DNA of 64,000 nt from an uncultured delta proteobacterium. GTDB taxonomy: Bacteria; Desulfobacterota; Binatia; JACPRU01. Location: positions 1 to 64,000 of the forward strand of contig CAVUWD010000002.1 of assembly GCA_963745025.1 (NCBI GenBank), in the 5' to 3' direction. This document shows, one piece after another, positions 9,180 to 20,841 of this stretch (within the stretch, counting starts at the first letter, position 1; each line of letters opens with the position of its first letter). A program made the translations under genes and the position numbers. Below the pieces are notes generated by a model. That model was not told the DNA's origin. It saw nothing but the letters and a program-made list of their open reading frames with translations, and did no database searches.

Positions 9180-10256
9180 CTAGCCTCCGCCGCGCTGGCG
9201 CCGCCGACGCTTCACGGGGAGCGGACGGACGAGCCGGCTCAGCGACTTCCGGTAGGGCGGCCGCGCGACTCCGCGCTCGGTGATGATCGCGGTGACCAGA
9301 CGCGCGGGGGTCACGTCGAACGCGGGGTTGTAGACCGGAATGCCGTTCGGTGCGATTCGCCGGCCGGCGAAGTGCGTCACCTCCTCGGCGCTTCGCTCCT
9401 CGATCGGAATGTCCGCTCCGCGCGCCGTGTCGAGGTCGATCGAGGACGTCGGCGCGGCGACGTAGAAAGGAACCCGGTGCCGGGCAGCGAGCGCCGCCAG
9501 CGTATAGGTTCCGATCTTGTTGGCGACGTCGCCGTTGGCGGCGGTGCGATCGGTGCCGACGATGACGGCGTCGACGGCACCCCGCTGCATGAGGTGCCCG
9601 ACCATGTTGTCGGTCACGAGCGTGCAGGGAATCCGGTCTCGATTGAGCTCCCAGGCGGTGAGTCGCGAGCCCTGCAGGAACGGACGAGTCTCGCAGGCGA
9701 TCACGGAGATGCGTTTGCCGACCTCCCGCGCACGGCGGATCACCCCGAGCGCGGTGCCGTAGCCCGCGGTGGCGAGCGCCCCCGCGTTGCAGTACGTGAG
9801 CACGGTTCCCTCGTCGGGGAGCAGTGGAGCGCCGTGACGGCCGAGCGCGCGATTCACCGCGACGTCCTCGTCGTGGATCGCCAGAGCCTCGCGCTCGAGC
9901 CGGCCGCGCAGCCGTCCGAGCGGTTCGCCCCAGTGCTCGCGGCAGACGCGACGCATGCGCTCCACGGCCCAGGCCAGATTCACGGCGGTGGGACGTGCCG
10001 CGACGAGCGTCCGGCAGATGCGCTCGAAGCCCGCCGCGAAGCGGCGGTCCGGGAGGCGACGGGCGCCGAGCGCCGCTCCCATCGCCGCCGCCACGCCGAT
10101 CGCGGGCGCTCCGCGGATCACCATGTCGCGGATCGCCTGCGCGACGCCCCGGAAATCGTCGTACACGCGGTAGACTTCGCGCTCGGGCAGCAGGCGCTGA
10201 TCGAGCATCACCACGCGCCCGCGGCGCCACTCGATGGTGCGAATCATCGACGTCAT
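9180..10256 (-). CDS. mtnA: S-methyl-5-thioribose-1-phosphate isomerase
   Basis: [67 protein letters not shown]. Confidence 0.96.
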   Translation of the reverse strand: MTSMIRTIEWRRGRVVMLDQRLLPEREVYRVYDDFRGVAQAIRDMVIRGAPAIGVAAAMGAALGARRLPDRRFAAGFERICRTLVAARPTAVNLAWAVERMRRVCREHWGEPLGRLRGRLEREALAIHDEDVAVNRALGRHGAPLLPDEGTVLTYCNAGALATAGYGTALGVIRRAREVGKRISVIACETRPFLQGSRLTAWELNRDRIPCTLVTDNMVGHLMQRGAVDAVIVGTDRTAANGDVANKIGTYTLAALAARHRVPFYVAAPTSSIDLDTARGADIPIEERSAEEVTHFAGRRIAPNGIPVYNPAFDVTPARLVTAIITERGVARPPYRKSLSRLVRPLPVKRRRRQRGGG

Positions 10257-11248
10257 GCGGCGTCGCGAAGGCGCGTGCGTGCGAAGCCCGTCATGCAATC
10301 TCGCGTCGACTGCTGCGGGATGAAGCCGAGCTCGGATCGCGCGCGCTCGCCGTCCGCCACACATGGGTATTGCAGGTAGTCGAGGTGAGCGCTCGGCGCG
10401 ATGGCGAGGCCGGTTTGAAAGAGGGCATCGATCATCGTGTTGGCGGCGAACCGTAGCAGAGGCACGGTCCGCCGACCGCAGAGTCGCGTGGCGGTGTGCA
10501 GGGGCAAGACTCCGTCACTGCAGACGTTGTAGACCCGAAGCGATCCTCTCGGACCGACCGCGTCGGCGCGCAGGATCGCCCGCGCGAAGGCGTCGGTCGC
10601 GTCGGCGATCGAGAGGGTCTGGATCATGGGATTGAAGCCGAGAATGGTCGGGGCGGCCGGCAGCGAAAGATAGCGGCTCGCCAGCGTCCGCACCTGCGGA
10701 GAGAGAATCGGGGCCGTGCGCAGTATGGTGACCGCCACGCCCTCCCGTTCCTGGAAGCGCTTCACTTGGCGCTCGGCGTCGATCTTCTCGGCAACCAGAG
10801 GATAGTCGCGACGGCCCGCGAGCGGGGCGTCCTCGGAGAGAAAGCTCGGATTCTCTGGGCGGGCTCCATAGACCAGAGTCGAGCTGGCCAGGATCAGGTG
10901 CGGCGCCGACCCGCGTCGGCCGAGCTGCGTGAGCGCGTGGAGGAGATGCATCGTGCCGAGCGACTCGAGCTCGTGCTCGTAGCTCGCGTTGCGGATCGGA
11001 TGCTGGAGAAAGGCCGAGTGCACGAGCACGTCGACGGGCTCGCGATCGAGCGCCTCGGCGATCTTCGCCGAAGCGGCCGCTTCGGTGAGATCGACCCGGT
11101 GGTAGAGTGCCTTCTTGAGTGCGCGCGCAGGGGGAACCAGATCGAGCAACACGAGACGGCCGCAACCTTCATCGAGCTCGAGGCGCCTCGCGAGGTGATC
11201 GCCGAGGACTCCAAGCGTGCCGGTGAGAGCAACCTCGAGTCGACGCAT
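10253..11248 (-). CDS. NAD-dependent epimerase/dehydratase family protein
   Basis: [10 protein letters not shown] Rossmann motif, [13 protein letters not shown], extended-SDR layout. Confidence 0.8.
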   Translation of the reverse strand: MRRLEVALTGTLGVLGDHLARRLELDEGCGRLVLLDLVPPARALKKALYHRVDLTEAAASAKIAEALDREPVDVLVHSAFLQHPIRNASYEHELESLGTMHLLHALTQLGRRGSAPHLILASSTLVYGARPENPSFLSEDAPLAGRRDYPLVAEKIDAERQVKRFQEREGVAVTILRTAPILSPQVRTLASRYLSLPAAPTILGFNPMIQTLSIADATDAFARAILRADAVGPRGSLRVYNVCSDGVLPLHTATRLCGRRTVPLLRFAANTMIDALFQTGLAIAPSAHLDYLQYPCVADGERARSELGFIPQQSTRDCMTGFARTRLRDAA

Positions 11249-11340
11249 CGCTCTCGAGCTACGCCTGGTGGAAGCGTTTGACAACCCTCGTGCGAAGCGT
11301 TGCCGGACACGGAGTGACTGTCGGTGCGAATCGAGCTCGC

Positions 11341-12315
11341 CTACACCCGATCGCGCAGCCACGCGAGGGTGCGCTCGAGCCCTTCCACGAGCGAGACGCT
11401 CACCGTGTAGCCGAGTAGACGCTTCGCCTTGGAGATGTCTGCTTTGGAGTGGCGAACGTCACCCCGGCGCGCCGGCGCGAACTTCGGCGCGATCGTCTTG
11501 CCGAGCAGCCGGTTCACGAGCTCGATGACGTCGAGCAGCGTCGCGCTTCGGCCGCACGCGACGTTGAAGACCTCGCCCGAGACCCGCTTCTTCGGCGCCG
11601 CGGCGGCGAGCAGGTTCGCCCGCACGGCGTTGTCGACGTAGGTGAAATCGCGCGATTGCCGGCCGTCCCCGAAGACGACGGGCCGCTCGCCGCGGAGCAC
11701 GGCGGTGATGAATTTGGGAATCGCCGCGCCGTAGGGCGAGAAGGGATTCTGCCGGGGTCCGAAGATGTTGAAGTAGCGCAAGCACACGGTCTCGACGCCA
11801 TAGACGTCGTGGAAGACCCGCGTGTAGTACTCGCCGGCGAGCTTCGAGACCGCGTACGGGGAAAGCGGATGGGGCGGCATCGTTTCGCGCTTGACGAGCG
11901 CGCGCTCGCGCGACGATCGTCCGGTGGAGAACCGATCGCCGTAGGCGCTCGACGAGGCCGCGTAGACGATCCGTCGCACCCCGGCGGCGCGCGCCGCGCA
12001 GAGCAACTCGATCGTCGCGGTGACGTTGGCGGTGTTCGAGGTGATCGGGAACTCGACGGAGCGCGCCACCGAGGGCAGGGCGGCGAGGTGGAACGCGATC
12101 TCGACGCCGGCGCATGCTCGCCGCGCGGCATCGGCGTCGTTCAAGTCCGCTTCGATGAGATCGAGGTCGCCGTCGAGCCCCTTGAGATGCTCGAGGTTTT
12201 GCCGTGTGCCGGTCGAGAGATTGTCGACCACGCGCACCTTTCGGCCGCGCTTGAGCAGCGCCTCCGCGAGATGGCTGCCGATGAATCCCGCTCCGCCCGT
12301 GACGAGGTAGGTCAT
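11341..12315 (-). CDS. UDP-sugar 4-epimerase (WbpP/GalE-like extended SDR)
   Basis: LVTGGAGFIGSH, FHLAALPSVARS, YAASSSAYG, SPYAVSK, LRYFNIFGPRQ, GDGRQSRDF. Confidence 0.93.
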   Translation of the reverse strand: MTYLVTGGAGFIGSHLAEALLKRGRKVRVVDNLSTGTRQNLEHLKGLDGDLDLIEADLNDADAARRACAGVEIAFHLAALPSVARSVEFPITSNTANVTATIELLCAARAAGVRRIVYAASSSAYGDRFSTGRSSRERALVKRETMPPHPLSPYAVSKLAGEYYTRVFHDVYGVETVCLRYFNIFGPRQNPFSPYGAAIPKFITAVLRGERPVVFGDGRQSRDFTYVDNAVRANLLAAAAPKKRVSGEVFNVACGRSATLLDVIELVNRLLGKTIAPKFAPARRGDVRHSKADISKAKRLLGYTVSVSLVEGLERTLAWLRDRV

Positions 12316-12436
12316 CTGGATCTCTGTTGCGGACGTGCTCTGATATCGCGCGTGCCGTGTCAACCGCAACGCTGGAGAGGGCTCGGGCTTCGTGGAAGAG
12401 TGGGCGCGCCGGAGAACCGGAGGAGAGGAGGAAACC

Positions 12437-12919
12437 GTGATGCAACTTCAGGGCTCATGCCAGTGCGGCAAGGTCCGCTTCCGCGTCGAGTCGGAGACTC
12501 CGTATCCGTTCATGTACTGCTACTGCTCGATCTGTCGGAAGACGACCGGAGGTGCGTTCGGCTGCAACATCATGGGTCGGCGCGACACGCTGCGTGTCAG
12601 CGGCAAGAAGCACCTGCGCCGCTATCACGCGGTGATCCGCAATCCCGGGAAGCGGCCGGTGCGCAGCGAGGGGGAGCGCTGGTTTTGCAAGGAGTGCGGC
12701 ACGCACCTCTACGTTCTCGACGATCGCTGGCCCGATGGCGTCTGGCCGAACGCCGGAGTGATCGACACGCCGCTGCCGGTTCCGCCCGAGTACGTGCATC
12801 TGCTGCTGCGCTACAAGCCGAAGTGGGTGCAGGTTTCGGGACGCGGTCCCCGCTACCGGGAATTTCCCAAGGAGTCGATCGCCGGTTGGCACGAGAAGCG
12901 CGGGTTGCTCCGGCGGTGA
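12437..12919 (+). CDS. GFA/CENP-V family zinc protein
   Basis: GSCQCGKVRF, CYCSICRK, RWFCKECGT; GAGGAGG RBS. Confidence 0.88.
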   Translation: MMQLQGSCQCGKVRFRVESETPYPFMYCYCSICRKTTGGAFGCNIMGRRDTLRVSGKKHLRRYHAVIRNPGKRPVRSEGERWFCKECGTHLYVLDDRWPDGVWPNAGVIDTPLPVPPEYVHLLLRYKPKWVQVSGRGPRYREFPKESIAGWHEKRGLLRR

Positions 12920-13004
12920 CCGGCAGGCGAACCGCGGCCGTCAAAGAAGCCCGCGCTTGATCGACCGCGGCGGAAGTGGCAACTGGCGCGACGAGGAATC
13001 GACG

Positions 13005-13853
13005 ATGGACATCCGGACGATCGGCATCATCGGCGCGGGCCAGATGGGTGGAGGCATCGCTCAGGTCGGAGCGCAGGCGGGTTTCGCCGTGATCCTCTAC
13101 GACGTCGCGCCGAAGATGTTCGACCGCGCGCTCGGCGCCATGGAGAAGAGCCTGATCCGCTTGAAAGAGAGGGGCAAGCTCGGTGCCGAGCCTTCCGAAC
13201 TGATCGGCCGCATCCGCACGACGAGCCGCCTCGAAGACCTCGCCGGCGCGGACTTGGTGATCGAAGCAGCCCCCGAGGACTTCGCGATCAAGAAGGACAT
13301 CTTCCAGCGGCTCGATCGCATCTGCCGACCGGAGGCGATTCTCGCCAGCAACACGTCGTCGATCTCACTGACCGAGCTCGGTGCCACTACCGAGCGGCCG
13401 GCGCAGGTCATCGGCATGCATTTCATGAATCCGCCGGCGGTGCTCCAGCTCGTCGAGATCGTGCGCGGTCTCGTCACCTCGGACAAGACCTGCGAGACCG
13501 TGCGGGCGCTCGCCGAGCGGATGGGAAAGGTGACGATCCTCGCCAAGGACTACGCGGGCTTCATCGTCAACCGGATCCTCCTACCGATGATCAACGAGGC
13601 GATCTATGCCGTGTATGAAGGTGTCGGGTCCGTCGAGGACATCGACAGCGGCATGAAGCTCGGCACAAACCAACCGATGGGTCCGCTGGCGCTCGCGGAC
13701 CTGATCGGCCTCGATACCTGCCTCGCGATTCTCGAGCGGCTGCACACGAGCCTCGGCGAGGACAAGTACCGGCCGTGCCCGTTGCTGCGGAACTACGTGG
13801 CCGCGGGCTACCTCGGCCGCAAGGCGGGTAAAGGCTTTTACGCTTACGGGTGA
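13005..13853 (+). CDS. hbd: 3-hydroxybutyryl-CoA dehydrogenase
   Basis: IGAGQMGGGIAQ, LASNTSSIS, GMHFMNP, GFIVNRIL, PMGPLALADLIGLD, GYLGRKAGKGFY. Confidence 0.92.
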   Translation: MDIRTIGIIGAGQMGGGIAQVGAQAGFAVILYDVAPKMFDRALGAMEKSLIRLKERGKLGAEPSELIGRIRTTSRLEDLAGADLVIEAAPEDFAIKKDIFQRLDRICRPEAILASNTSSISLTELGATTERPAQVIGMHFMNPPAVLQLVEIVRGLVTSDKTCETVRALAERMGKVTILAKDYAGFIVNRILLPMINEAIYAVYEGVGSVEDIDSGMKLGTNQPMGPLALADLIGLDTCLAILERLHTSLGEDKYRPCPLLRNYVAAGYLGRKAGKGFYAYG

Positions 13854-13858
13854 CACGT

Positions 13859-14488
13859 TTAGTGGTGGTGAGAGCGCTCCTGTGAGTGCGAATCCGGCGA
13901 AGCCTTGCCGCCCTCGAGAAACTCCCGCTCGCCACGCTCCTCCTCCGCTTCCTGCGGGCTCTTGGGATTCAAGCGCTCCATCTCGTCGAGCTCCGCGCGG
14001 TCGATCTTCGGTAGATGGCGAATGAAGTGCACGAGCTCCCAGTTGTCGTCTTCGTCGAGCGACTCTCCGTCTGATTTCTCGGGGTCGCTTCCCCATGCCG
14101 GCATTCCGGTGAAGCGCACGCCATTCTGGATGATGTAGAAGAGCTCGCCGTCGGAGAGCGACTGCGTTGCTTCCTTCCGCATGTCGGGCGGCTTCGGGTA
14201 GAGGCCGTGGCCGATCTCGCAATCGCCGCTTCCGTCGTTGGCGTGGCAGATCGCACAGTGGTCGGCGAAGTGGTCGCGGCCTTCGTTGACGACGTCGGGA
14301 GAAGACGGCAGCGGATTGCGTCGGTCGCGCGCCGAGGCGGGAATCGCCAGGCGGCGAAGACGCGGAGCGACGTAGCGTTCGATGACGTTCGGCTCGCGCC
14401 GGGCGCTCAACCCGGCCCGGAGCGTCCAGACGACCGTTCCTGCCGCAGCGATCAGCAACAAGAGGAGCGCAATCACGAGATTTTTCAC
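13859..14488 (-). CDS. Membrane-anchored monoheme cytochrome c with His-rich tail
   Basis: N-terminal hydrophobic segment, CAICH, LYPKPPDM, IIQNGVRFTGMPAW axial Met, ends HSQERSHHH; AAGGAGGA RBS. Confidence 0.9.
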   Translation of the reverse strand: MKNLVIALLLLLIAAAGTVVWTLRAGLSARREPNVIERYVAPRLRRLAIPASARDRRNPLPSSPDVVNEGRDHFADHCAICHANDGSGDCEIGHGLYPKPPDMRKEATQSLSDGELFYIIQNGVRFTGMPAWGSDPEKSDGESLDEDDNWELVHFIRHLPKIDRAELDEMERLNPKSPQEAEEERGEREFLEGGKASPDSHSQERSHHH

Positions 14489-14680
14489 GGTTTCCTCCTT
14501 TGCCGGCGATCGCAGGCCCGCCCTTCGCAAACCCCCTGGCCAGGCAAAGTGTTCGGCGCACGGGCAGCAGATGGCTTTTCCCACACGAATCGGTCGGGTA
14601 GAAGCGATCGGCCCGATCGGGCGATTCGCTTGGACGAGACCGTGAATCACGGATTCGCAGCAAGCTAGGACGACGAACGG

Positions 14681-16361
<1,681 letters not shown>

Positions 16362-16437
16362 TCCAGCTCAACGAAGCGGAGCTCACCACTCTCCGCCGCT
16401 TGCTTCTCAAGACTGGCGCGGCGATGTAGTCGGACCT

Positions 16438-17277
16438 GTGAACGAGTTCCCGGCGTTCTTCGTTTCCCACGGCGCGCCGACGATGGCGATCGAGGCGAGC
16501 GCGGCGAGAGACTTTCTTGCAGCCCTCGGGCGCAAGGTCGAGTCGAGGATCGGGCGTCCAACGGCGGTCCTCGTCTTTTCGGCGCATTGGGAGACCGCGA
16601 TTCCGACGGTCGGGATGGCTCCCGAGCCGCCGACGATTCACGACTTCAGCGGGTTTCCGGACGAGCTCTATCGACTCCGCTATCCGGCGCGGGGGGCGAT
16701 CGAGGCGGCGCGCGAGGCGATGAAGCTCCTGGCCGATGCCGGAATTCCTGTCCTGAGCGATGCGAGCCGCGGGCTCGACCACGGGGCGTGGGTGCCGCTT
16801 CGCCTGATGATTCCGGACGCCGGCGTGCCGGTCTCGCAGGTCTCGCTGCAGCGCGAGCTCGGGCCCCGGCATGCGTACCGCGTTGGGGAAGCGGTTCGGC
16901 CGCTCCGCGAGCGCGGCGTGCTGATCGTCGGCTCGGGCTCGATCACGCACAATTTGCGCGAGCTCTCGGCACGGCCGGTCCACGAGGCCCCGCACGTGAC
17001 CAAGTTCGTGGAATGGATCAACGAGCAGGCCGAGAGCGGAGATACCGAAGCACTGCTCGACTACCGCCGACGCGCTCCCCATGCGGTGCGAAACCATCCC
17101 ACGGAGGAGCATCTTCTCCCGTTCTTCACGATGTTGGGCGCCGCCGCACCGGGCGGGCGCGTGCGCCGCATCCATCGCAGCACGACGTTCGGCTCGCTTC
17201 GAATGGACGCCTACGAAGCGACCGGAGCCACGGCGCCTAGGCGCCGCCGGATCAGCCGAAGCGCAACACGTTCTTGA
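16438..17277 (+). CDS. LigB/DODA-type extradiol ring-cleavage dioxygenase (YgiD-like)
   Basis: FVSHGAP, SAHW, TIHDFSGFP, RGLDHGAWVPL, GSGSITHNL, HPTEEHLLP. Confidence 0.92.
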   Translation: MNEFPAFFVSHGAPTMAIEASAARDFLAALGRKVESRIGRPTAVLVFSAHWETAIPTVGMAPEPPTIHDFSGFPDELYRLRYPARGAIEAAREAMKLLADAGIPVLSDASRGLDHGAWVPLRLMIPDAGVPVSQVSLQRELGPRHAYRVGEAVRPLRERGVLIVGSGSITHNLRELSARPVHEAPHVTKFVEWINEQAESGDTEALLDYRRRAPHAVRNHPTEEHLLPFFTMLGAAAPGGRVRRIHRSTTFGSLRMDAYEATGATAPRRRRISRSATRS

Positions 17278-17470
17278 TCCCGGTCGCGGCGCCGAGCAGC
17301 AGATCGCGGTGCGTCGAGGCGGGGAACTGTCCGGTGATGAGCGAGCGAACCGCGCCGGGCCGGCGCTGCATGAAGCGGCCGAGGTCACGGATGGCCGCCT
17401 CGCAGGTCTCTCGGCCGGCGTTGACGGTACCGAACACGACCTGAATCTCGAGCACGAGACTTCGCAGGAT
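17252..17470 (-). pseudogene. C-terminal remnant of a Zn-dependent glucose 1-dehydrogenase-like MDR protein
   Basis: ILRSLVLEIQVVFGTVNAGRETCEAAIRDLG...IKNVLRFG resembles the C-terminus of that family; no N-terminal part upstream. Confidence 0.55.
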
Positions 17471-17599
17471 GAGATGGATGAAATCGGGTATCGACCTCGC
17501 GGAGTTTCGCCGGCCGCATTGACGCTCGTTCGCCGCCCTCCATACTATGCCGCGTCAGCTCGGCGCGTCTTCGCCCTTCATCGATCTCCGGGAGGAGCC

Positions 17600-17986
17600 A
17601 TGGACAAGAAATTGCGCGACAAAGGTCTCAACGTACGGAAGGACGTGCTCGGCGCGGAGCACGTCGAGCGCTCGTTCAAGACCGCCGACGAGTTCAGCCT
17701 CCCGTTCCAAGAGCTCGTCACCGAGTACTGCTGGGGCGCAGTCTGGACGCGGGAGGGTCTGTCGCGGAAGTCGCGCAGCATCCTGAACCTCGGCATGCTT
17801 TCGGCCCTCAACCGCAGCCACGAGCTGAAGCTGCACATCCGCGGCGCGCTCAACAACGGTCTCACGCGCGAGGAGATCCGCGAGGTGTTCATGCAAGTGG
17901 CGATCTACTGCGGCGTGCCGGCGGCGGTCGAATCGTTCCGCTGCGCGCGCGAGGTCTTCGCCGAGATCGACGGCAACAATCCGTAA
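17600..17986 (+). CDS. Carboxymuconolactone decarboxylase family protein
   Basis: GLNVRKDVLG, EYCWGAVWTREGL, ELKLHIRGALNNG, QVAIYCGVPA; GGAGGAG RBS. Confidence 0.92.
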   Translation: MDKKLRDKGLNVRKDVLGAEHVERSFKTADEFSLPFQELVTEYCWGAVWTREGLSRKSRSILNLGMLSALNRSHELKLHIRGALNNGLTREEIREVFMQVAIYCGVPAAVESFRCAREVFAEIDGNNP

Positions 17987-18004
17987 CCGCGCGGAGGAGC
18001 GTTC

Positions 18005-18901
18005 ATGGCCAAGCACGTCGGTTTCATCGGCCTCGGCAACATGGGCCGGCCGATGGCGTCGCGCCTCGCCGACGCCGGGTACTCGCTCACCGTGTGCGAC
18101 CTCCGCCCGGAATCCGTCGCGGCTCTCACGGCGAGGGGCGCGCGTGCGGCAGCGTCGCCCGCCGCGGTCGCGTCCGCGGTCGACACGGTTCTGCTCAGCC
18201 TGCCCGACCCTGCCACCGTCCGCGAGGTGGCGCTGGATGCGAACGGCATCATCGCGGGTTCGAAGGTCAAGACGGTGGTCGACCTGTCGACGACCGGCGC
18301 GAGGGTGGCGCAGGAGATCGCCGTCGCGCTCGCGGCCAAGGGCATCGCCGCCGTCGATTCTCCGGTGAGCGGTGGCGTTGCGGGCGCGATCCAGGGGACG
18401 CTCGCCGTCATGGTCGCGTGCCCGCGGGCGATGTTCGGCGGCCTCGAGCCGATGCTGAAGACGATCGGCAGGGTCTTCTTCGTCGGCGAGCGGCCCGGCA
18501 TGGGTCAGACCATGAAGCTCGCGAACAACCTGCTCTCGGCGACCGCGCTGGCGGCGACCTCGGAGGCGATCGTGCTCGGCGTCAAGTCTGGGCTCGACGC
18601 CGCGACCATGATCGACGTGATCAACGCCGGCAGCGGCCGCAACAGCGCGTCGCAGGACAAATTTCCGAAGGCGATCCTGCCGCGGACGTTCGACTTCGGC
18701 TTCACCACCGGCCTGATGTACAAGGACCTCAAGCTCTGCCTCGAGGAGGCGGACGCCGCGGGCGTGCCGATGTCGGTGGCGAAGGCGGTCGCCGAGCTCT
18801 GGCACCGGACACTCGTGGAGATCGGGGCGGGCCAGGACTTCACGACGATCGTGCAGCTCGTCGAGCGGTCGGCGGGCGTCGAGGTCAAGGGCGGGCGCTG
18901 A
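18005..18901 (+). CDS. NAD(P)-dependent beta-hydroxyacid dehydrogenase (3-hydroxyisobutyrate DH family)
   Basis: GFIGLGNMG, DSPVSGG, GTLAVM, MKLANN, KDLKL. Confidence 0.92.
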   Translation: MAKHVGFIGLGNMGRPMASRLADAGYSLTVCDLRPESVAALTARGARAAASPAAVASAVDTVLLSLPDPATVREVALDANGIIAGSKVKTVVDLSTTGARVAQEIAVALAAKGIAAVDSPVSGGVAGAIQGTLAVMVACPRAMFGGLEPMLKTIGRVFFVGERPGMGQTMKLANNLLSATALAATSEAIVLGVKSGLDAATMIDVINAGSGRNSASQDKFPKAILPRTFDFGFTTGLMYKDLKLCLEEADAAGVPMSVAKAVAELWHRTLVEIGAGQDFTTIVQLVERSAGVEVKGGR

Positions 18902-18918
18902 CACAGCGGAGACGAGCG

Positions 18919-19722
18919 ATGGCGGAGCTCGAGCCTTACGAGATTTACGCGATCAAGTACGCCGACCACCAGCGGCTCGCAAGCGAGAACTTCATCGGCG
19001 GCGACCCGCACGACGGCCCGATGCCGCTCGACTACTTCGTGTGGGCGATCAAGGGCGCGGCGCGGACGTGGATCGTCGACACCGGCTTCGATGCCGCGAT
19101 CGGGCAGCAGCGCCAGCGCAACGTGGTCCGCTCGCCGGCGGAGGGACTGAAGGCGCTCGACATCGAGCCCGACGAGATCGAGGACGTCATCATCACCCAC
19201 ATGCACTATGACCACTGCGGCAACCACGACCTGTTCGCGCGCGCGCGCTTTCACGTGCAGGACAAGGAGATGCGTTACGCGACCGGACGCTCGATGTGCC
19301 ATCCGGCGCTGCGCCACGCGTTCGACGTGGACGACGTCGTGACGATGGTCCGCCGGGCCTACGGCGGCAGAGTCGCCTTTCACGACGGCGACGAGGGTCT
19401 CGCCCCCGGAATCAGCGTGCACTTCGTCGGCGGCCACACGATGGGCCTGCAGATGGTCCGGGTTTGGACGAAGCGCGGCTGGGTCGTCCTCGCCTCCGAT
19501 GCGAGCCACCTCTACGCCAACATGGAGCAGGAACGGCCGTTCCCGATCGTCTACAACGTCGCCGACATGCTGGCCGGCCACAAGCGAGCGTACGCGCTGG
19601 CCGCTTCGCGGCGCCACGTGATCCCCGGCCATGATCCGCTCGTGCTGAAGCGCTATCCCGCGCCGAGCCGCGCGCTCGAGGGAATCGTCGCGCGGCTCGA
19701 CGTCGATCCGGTCCGGGACTAA
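18919..19722 (+). CDS. Metallo-beta-lactamase-fold protein, N-acyl homoserine lactonase family
   Basis: VDTGF, THMHYDHCGN, GGHTMGLQ, LASDASH, IPGHDP. Confidence 0.88.
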   Translation: MAELEPYEIYAIKYADHQRLASENFIGGDPHDGPMPLDYFVWAIKGAARTWIVDTGFDAAIGQQRQRNVVRSPAEGLKALDIEPDEIEDVIITHMHYDHCGNHDLFARARFHVQDKEMRYATGRSMCHPALRHAFDVDDVVTMVRRAYGGRVAFHDGDEGLAPGISVHFVGGHTMGLQMVRVWTKRGWVVLASDASHLYANMEQERPFPIVYNVADMLAGHKRAYALAASRRHVIPGHDPLVLKRYPAPSRALEGIVARLDVDPVRD

Positions 19723-19746
19723 GGGATTCGCAGCCGCGCGTGCCGG

Positions 19747-20841
19747 TCACGCGGAGAGTGGAATTCCCGTCCTGCGGCTGATGTCGAGCAGCTCTTCTAC
19801 GACCGGGCGCAGGACCGGAATTCCACTCGTCGCGCGCTCTCGCTCGGCTTGACGCTCCGGATCGCCGGGGATGAGGACGCCCGGCGTGCCGGGGATCGGC
19901 TTCGTCTTGCGAAAGGTGCGAATCCAGTCGTCGATCTGGCGCTTGAATTCCCGGGGATCGAGGAACGCGTCGATCCGGAGCGCGCCGAAGAAGTGGCCGA
20001 TTCCCTTTCCCACGCTTCGCGCCGGAATCTCTTGGCGAAGCGCGAAGGGAGGCGCGAAGGGCCCCCAGTTCGCGCCCGAGAGAACGCAACACAAGACATC
20101 GACCATGGCGGCGAGGCAGTAGCCTTTGTGCCCGCCCGTGTCACGGAAGCCTCCCAGGGGGAGCATCGCGCCCCCGTCCATCATCACGCTCGGATCTTCC
20201 GTGTCGCGCCCGTCGCGGTCGATCGCCCAGCCGCGCGGGATCGTCTCGCCGCGGCGCTTTCCGATCTCGATCTTTCCATACGCGCAGGCGCTGGTGGCGA
20301 GATCGATCACGATCGGCGGCTCCTCGAGGCCGGGGAACGCGATGGCGATCGGATTGGTTCCCAACATTCGCTCGGCTCCCCAGAGTGGCGCCACGAGCTT
20401 CGTGGAATTGGTCATCGCCCAGCCGATGAGATCGCGCTCGAGCGCCTTCAAGACGTAGTACCCCGCGATCCCGTAGTGGTTGCTGTTGGAAACGCTGACC
20501 CAGCCCGATCCCGCCTCGGCCGCCTTGGCCATCGCGATCTCGTTGGCCTTGGGTCCGACGACGAGCCCGAGGCCGTTGTCGCCGTCGACCGTCGCCGTGC
20601 TCGGCGATTCTCTGACGATGCGGATCGTCGGCTTGGGATTGATGCGGCCGAGCGTGAGCATGTCGAAATAGGTATGCAGCCGCGCGACCCCATGGGAATC
20701 GATCCCACGCAAGTCGGCCGTCGCCAGAACCTCGGACGCGAGCGTCGCATCCGCTTGGGGGACTCCGAAATGGAGGAACACCTGCGCGCAGAAATCGCGC
20801 AGCGCCTCGACCGGGAACCGCTGGCTCTCGCTGCCGCTCAT
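19747..20841 (-). CDS. Ldh_2 family (type 2 malate/L-lactate/sulfolactate dehydrogenase) oxidoreductase
   Basis: [47 protein letters not shown]. Confidence 0.92.
   Translation of the reverse strand: MSGSESQRFPVEALRDFCAQVFLHFGVPQADATLASEVLATADLRGIDSHGVARLHTYFDMLTLGRINPKPTIRIVRESPSTATVDGDNGLGLVVGPKANEIAMAKAAEAGSGWVSVSNSNHYGIAGYYVLKALERDLIGWAMTNSTKLVAPLWGAERMLGTNPIAIAFPGLEEPPIVIDLATSACAYGKIEIGKRRGETIPRGWAIDRDGRDTEDPSVMMDGGAMLPLGGFRDTGGHKGYCLAAMVDVLCCVLSGANWGPFAPPFALRQEIPARSVGKGIGHFFGALRIDAFLDPREFKRQIDDWIRTFRKTKPIPGTPGVLIPGDPERQAERERATSGIPVLRPVVEELLDISRRTGIPLSA

Noticed and set aside
13859-14488. Cytochrome c as the CuMMO electron partner
   Set aside because: It lies 11 kb away in unrelated context and belongs to a widespread family
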